This document shows positions 60,153 to 64,000 of a DNA stretch of 64,000 nucleotides, piece after piece. The translations under genes and the position numbers were made by a program. The notes below the pieces were generated by a model. It saw only the letters and a program-made list of their open reading frames with translations. It was not told the origin of the DNA and did no database searches. The stretch covers positions 593,542 through 657,541 of the forward strand of contig JBJLFO010000001.1 in assembly GCA_045565315.1 (NCBI GenBank), given 5' to 3'. Every line of letters begins with the position of its first letter. Position 1 is the first letter of the stretch. Source of the stretch: Alphaproteobacteria bacterium (lineage in GTDB: Bacteria > Pseudomonadota > Alphaproteobacteria > Rhizobiales > TMED25).

Positions 60153-62318
60153 ATGTTTAATATACATAGTGAAGAAATTAATTGGGGTGGAAGACCTCTA
60201 AAGATTGAGACAGGAAAAGTGGCACGTCAAGCAGATGGTGCAGTAATTGTAACATATGGTGGAACATCAGTAATTGCTACTGTATGTGCTGAAAAAAAGC
60301 CTAAGGGAGGAATAGATTTCTTTCCTTTGACTGTAAACTATCAAGAAAAAGCTTATGCAGCAGGAAAAATACCTGGTGGATATTTTAAAAGAGAAGGGCG
60401 TCCAACGGAGAGAGAAACTTTAATTTCAAGATTAATTGATAGACCTATAAGGCCCCTATTTGTAAAAGAATTCAAAAATGAAACTCAAGTTGTGGCAACA
60501 GTCTTAACTTACGACCAAGAAAATGATCCCGATATTGTTGCTTTGATTGCTTGCTCTGCAGCATTGACAATTTCTGGGATCCCATTCAAAGGTCCAATTG
60601 CTGCGGCTAAAATAGGATATATTGATGATGAGTTAGTACTCAATCCGACTACAGAACAAATGCAAGACTCACAATTAGAACTCGTTGTTGCAGGAACAAA
60701 AAATGCAATACTAATGATCGAATCTGAAGCATCAGAATTAAGTGAAAAATCAATGCTTGATGCAGTAATGTATGCTCATAAATCTATGCAAGACGTTATA
60801 CAAATGATAATACATCTTGCTAAGAAATGTGCAAAATATCCTATGCAAATAGAAAAACCTGATAATTCTGAAATAGCTAAATTTATTAATAAACTAATTA
60901 ACACCAAAATAGAAAAGGCTTTCAAGATTACTGATAAACAAAAGAGATCTTCTGAAATATCTATGATTAAAGATTTCATGATAGAAGAACTTGGAAAACA
61001 ATATGAAGATGGTTTTGACGAAATAACTGCGTCAAGTATATTTAAAGATGTTGAAAGCGATATTGTAAGATCCTCTATCCTAAAAACTTCAAAAAGAATT
61101 GATGGAAGAGGTTTATCTGATATCAGACCAATTTCTGTAGAAGTTGGTACCCTTCCACAAACACATGGTTCATCACTCTTTACAAGGGGTGAAACTCAGG
61201 CTCTTGTTGTTACAACTCTTGGTACAGCTGAAGATGAACAGTACGTTGACTCACTGGACGGTACAAAGAAAGCCAATTTCATGCTGCATTATAATTTTCC
61301 CCCATACTCTGTTGGTGAAGTTGGAAGAATGGGCGGAACTTCAAGAAGAGAGATTGGTCACGGAAAATTAGCTTGGCGTGCCATTCACCCCCTTCTTCCA
61401 AGTAAGGAAGACTGGCCATATACAATTAGAATTGTATCTGAAATTACCGAGTCAAATGGTTCATCTTCTATGGCCTCTGTTTGTGGTTCCTCTATGGCAT
61501 TAATGGATGCTGGAGTTCCAATTAGAGAACCAATTGCCGGTATAGCTATGGGATTAATCTTAGAAGATGGCGAATTTGCTATCCTGTCAGATATTATTGG
61601 AGATGAGGATCATCTTGGAGATATGGATTTCAAAGTAGCTGGTACCAGTAAGGGTATTACTACTCTACAAATGGATATTAAAATATCCGGGATAACAAAA
61701 GAAATTATGAAAAAAGCACTTGATCAAGCAAAAAATGGAAGAAAACATATTTTATCTGAAATGGAAAATGCTATCAAAAAGTCAAGGATTGATGTTGCAG
61801 ACCATGCACCACGCATCGTTACAATGCAAATTTCTACAGATAAAATTAAAGATGTAATCGGCTCAGGTGGTAAGGTAATCAAAGAGATGGTCGAACAAAC
61901 AGGGGCTAAAATTAGTGTGGAGGATTCTGGTATAATTACAATTGCATCTGCAGATAAAAATGCAATTGAATCTGCTCAAGAGAGAATTCATTTAATTGTT
62001 GATGACCCAGAAGTAGGACAAATATATAAAGGTAAGGTTGTCAAAGTTGTTGATTTTGGTGCTTTTGTTAATTTCTTTGGCCCAAAAGATGGACTTGTCC
62101 ATATATCTCAACTCAGTAATGAAAGAACATCTAATGTTACAGATGTTGTTAATGAGAATGAAGAAGCATATGTTAAATTAATTGGTTTTGATGATCGTGG
62201 TAAAGCAAGATTATCAATGAAAAATATTAATCAGAAAACAGGGAAAGAAGACTCAAAATCAATTGATGAGGATCATCAAGCCCCGAAAAAGGAAAAAAGT
62301 AGGGGTAAAAAGAAATAA
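60153..62318 (+). CDS. pnp: polyribonucleotide nucleotidyltransferase
   Basis: Two RNase PH domains, a KH domain and an S1 domain. [14 protein letters not shown] also present. Confidence 0.97.
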   Translation: MFNIHSEEINWGGRPLKIETGKVARQADGAVIVTYGGTSVIATVCAEKKPKGGIDFFPLTVNYQEKAYAAGKIPGGYFKREGRPTERETLISRLIDRPIRPLFVKEFKNETQVVATVLTYDQENDPDIVALIACSAALTISGIPFKGPIAAAKIGYIDDELVLNPTTEQMQDSQLELVVAGTKNAILMIESEASELSEKSMLDAVMYAHKSMQDVIQMIIHLAKKCAKYPMQIEKPDNSEIAKFINKLINTKIEKAFKITDKQKRSSEISMIKDFMIEELGKQYEDGFDEITASSIFKDVESDIVRSSILKTSKRIDGRGLSDIRPISVEVGTLPQTHGSSLFTRGETQALVVTTLGTAEDEQYVDSLDGTKKANFMLHYNFPPYSVGEVGRMGGTSRREIGHGKLAWRAIHPLLPSKEDWPYTIRIVSEITESNGSSSMASVCGSSMALMDAGVPIREPIAGIAMGLILEDGEFAILSDIIGDEDHLGDMDFKVAGTSKGITTLQMDIKISGITKEIMKKALDQAKNGRKHILSEMENAIKKSRIDVADHAPRIVTMQISTDKIKDVIGSGGKVIKEMVEQTGAKISVEDSGIITIASADKNAIESAQERIHLIVDDPEVGQIYKGKVVKVVDFGAFVNFFGPKDGLVHISQLSNERTSNVTDVVNENEEAYVKLIGFDDRGKARLSMKNINQKTGKEDSKSIDEDHQAPKKEKSRGKKK

Positions 62319-62340
62319 TTACATAATATAAGCTAATTAT

Positions 62341-63180
62341 TTAATTCTCATAGATACTATCGTCCATAAGCATTTCTGGCTTTGGTGTTGAAATTGTGTT
62401 GAAACCCGAATCTACATAATGGATTTCACCTGTTACTCCAGATGAGAGATCGGATAATAAGTATATTGAAGCACCCCCAATCTCCCCCAACGTTACAGTT
62501 CTTCTAAGTGGAGAATGTCTTTTTTGAAAATTATACATTGCCCTCGCATCGGCGATCCCGCCTCCGGCCAAGGTCCTCATTGGACCAGCAGAGATAGCAT
62601 TTACTCTTATATTTTTTTCCCCAAAATCAGAGGCTAGGTATTTTACAGATGCTTCTAAGCCTGCTTTTGCAATACCCATTGCATTATAATTGGGCATGAC
62701 TCTATTTGAGCCACCAAATGTTAGTGTTAGCAGAGAGCCTCCATTGGGCATAAACTTCTGAGACTCTCTTGCAATTTCTGTAAAAGAATAACATGATACC
62801 AGCATTGTTTTTATAAAATTATCTTTTGTCGTATGGTAATAATTACCTTTAAGTTGGCTTTTATCTGAGAATGCTATTGCATGCACAACAAAATCTATCG
62901 ATCCCCAACTACTTGCAATTTTTGAGAAAAAATCAGTTATATTCTCAGATGATTCGACATCACATGGTAATACAATTTTAGAATTAAGCTGACTTGCTAG
63001 TGGGTCAACACGTTTTTTTAAAGTATCAGATTGGTAAGAAAATGCTAATTCTGCCCCAGCATTATTTAAGGCTTTTGCAATACCCCATGCAATAGAATGA
63101 TCATTCGCAACCCCCATAATAACCCCTCGCTTTCCTTTTAGAAGTGAGAGATCTATATCCTGGTTATCGATTTTTTCCAT
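62341..63180 (-). CDS. fabI: enoyl-[acyl-carrier-protein] reductase (NADH)
   Basis: GVANDHSIAWGIA, Y-x6-K context (MGIAKAGLEASVKYLA), and ISAGPMRTLA. Confidence 0.92.
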   Translation of the reverse strand: MEKIDNQDIDLSLLKGKRGVIMGVANDHSIAWGIAKALNNAGAELAFSYQSDTLKKRVDPLASQLNSKIVLPCDVESSENITDFFSKIASSWGSIDFVVHAIAFSDKSQLKGNYYHTTKDNFIKTMLVSCYSFTEIARESQKFMPNGGSLLTLTFGGSNRVMPNYNAMGIAKAGLEASVKYLASDFGEKNIRVNAISAGPMRTLAGGGIADARAMYNFQKRHSPLRRTVTLGEIGGASIYLLSDLSSGVTGEIHYVDSGFNTISTPKPEMLMDDSIYEN

Positions 63181-64000
63181 TAATTAACCTTACGAAATAC
63201 AAGACATGCATTTGTGCCACCAAAACCAAAAGCATTTGACATGACTGTATTAAGCTCAATATTATCATGTCTTTCCAATGCAATTGGAAGGTCGTCGAAA
63301 TTAGGGTCTAATGAATCTATATTTGCAGATTTACAAACAAAATTATTATTCAACATTATGAGAGAATAAATAGCTTCCTGGGCACCTGCTGCTCCGAGTG
63401 AATGACCCGTTAAAGATTTCGTAGCAGATATTATCGGCATTTTATCTCCAAAAACGGCTTTCATCGCTTTTGCTTCTATTATATCTCCTTGTGGAGTCGA
63501 TGTTGCATGCGGGTTTATATAATCTATTTTTGTTTCGAGTCCTTTCATGGCATTCTTCATTGCCCTTTCTGCACCCTCACCGGATAGCAGAACCATATCG
63601 CTCCCATCTGATGTAGATCCATAACCTGATAGTTCTGCATAAATTTTTGCACCTCTGTTGATGGCTCTATCATATTCCTCTAATATTAGTATTCCAGCAC
63701 CACCTGCTATCACAAAACCATCTCTATTAATATCATAAGCCCTGCTTGCTTGAGACGGATTATCATTGAAATTAGATGACATTGCACCCATTGCGTCAAA
63801 TAGAACTGAAAGACCCCAATCAAGCTCTTCAGCACCACCTGCTATCATAACATCCTGGCTACCCCATTTAATTAATTCATAAGCACTGCCGATACAGTTA
63901 TTGGAAGTTGCGCATGCCGATGAAATAGAATAATTAACGCCCTTGATACCTAAGTATGTTGAGAGAGTAGCAGAGGCCATAGAGCACATAGCTTTTGGGA
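63180..64000 (-). CDS. fabB: 3-oxoacyl-ACP synthase I (N-terminus beyond window edge)
   Basis: The frame stays open to the window edge. Active-site Cys context [27 protein letters not shown], and C-terminal [16 protein letters not shown]. Confidence 0.85.
   Translation of the reverse strand, partial: PKAMCSMASATLSTYLGIKGVNYSISSACATSNNCIGSAYELIKWGSQDVMIAGGAEELDWGLSVLFDAMGAMSSNFNDNPSQASRAYDINRDGFVIAGGAGILILEEYDRAINRGAKIYAELSGYGSTSDGSDMVLLSGEGAERAMKNAMKGLETKIDYINPHATSTPQGDIIEAKAMKAVFGDKMPIISATKSLTGHSLGAAGAQEAIYSLIMLNNNFVCKSANIDSLDPNFDDLPIALERHDNIELNTVMSNAFGFGGTNACLVFRKVN

Overview
This is an AT-rich, tightly packed bacterial chromosome segment with many 1-40 nt gene overlaps and little intergenic DNA. 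The core gene order is typical of Alphaproteobacteria: hrcA-grpE / rph-rdgB-hemW, rsmI-gshB, mutS-glnD-murJ-trpS, tsaB-rimI-fur-plsC-miaB-phoH-ybeY-lnt-metK-trmB, rimP-nusA-infB-rbfA-truB-rpsO-pnp, fabI-fabB. The source is most likely a streamlined marine planktonic alphaproteobacterium, but the lineage cannot be fixed from the sequence alone. Nt ~25.2-64 kb is ordinary housekeeping backbone, and nt 1-25.2 kb looks accessory. The accessory part holds five things of note. (1) A tRNA-Ala(GGC) whose 3' half plus 9 nt is repeated 1.6 kb downstream. The repeats bracket an integrase-less islet carrying PPK2 and a NUDIX hydrolase, next to a PsiE-like gene. (2) A proteorhodopsin photosystem: a blue-tuned DTE proteorhodopsin with its own strong terminator, followed by a tightly coupled crtI-crtB-crtY-blh retinal operon with no crtE or idi. 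(3) A seven-gene co-directional array directly upstream of the rhodopsin. It contains a 42-aa DUF2256 zinc-ribbon ORF missing from the ORF track, a DCC thiol oxidoreductase, a voltage-gated BacNaV-type channel with an atypical TLSSWEN filter and no C-terminal coiled coil, a ceramidase/CREST-type membrane hydrolase, a Grx-like protein and pirin. (4) A divergent promoter with two tandem 20-bp palindrome-containing repeats. (5) A bicupin with an H-x-H-x3-E-x-Y...H site next to an aminotransferase and an operon for methylmalonyl-CoA-epimerase-like, crotonase, family III and family I CoA-transferase proteins of unknown substrate. The two best candidates for an undescribed system are the rhodopsin-linked redox/channel array and the cupin + CoA-transferase catabolic island. 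Both are inferences from gene content and motifs read by eye, not demonstrated functions. No CRISPR array, transposase, integrase or rRNA was seen.
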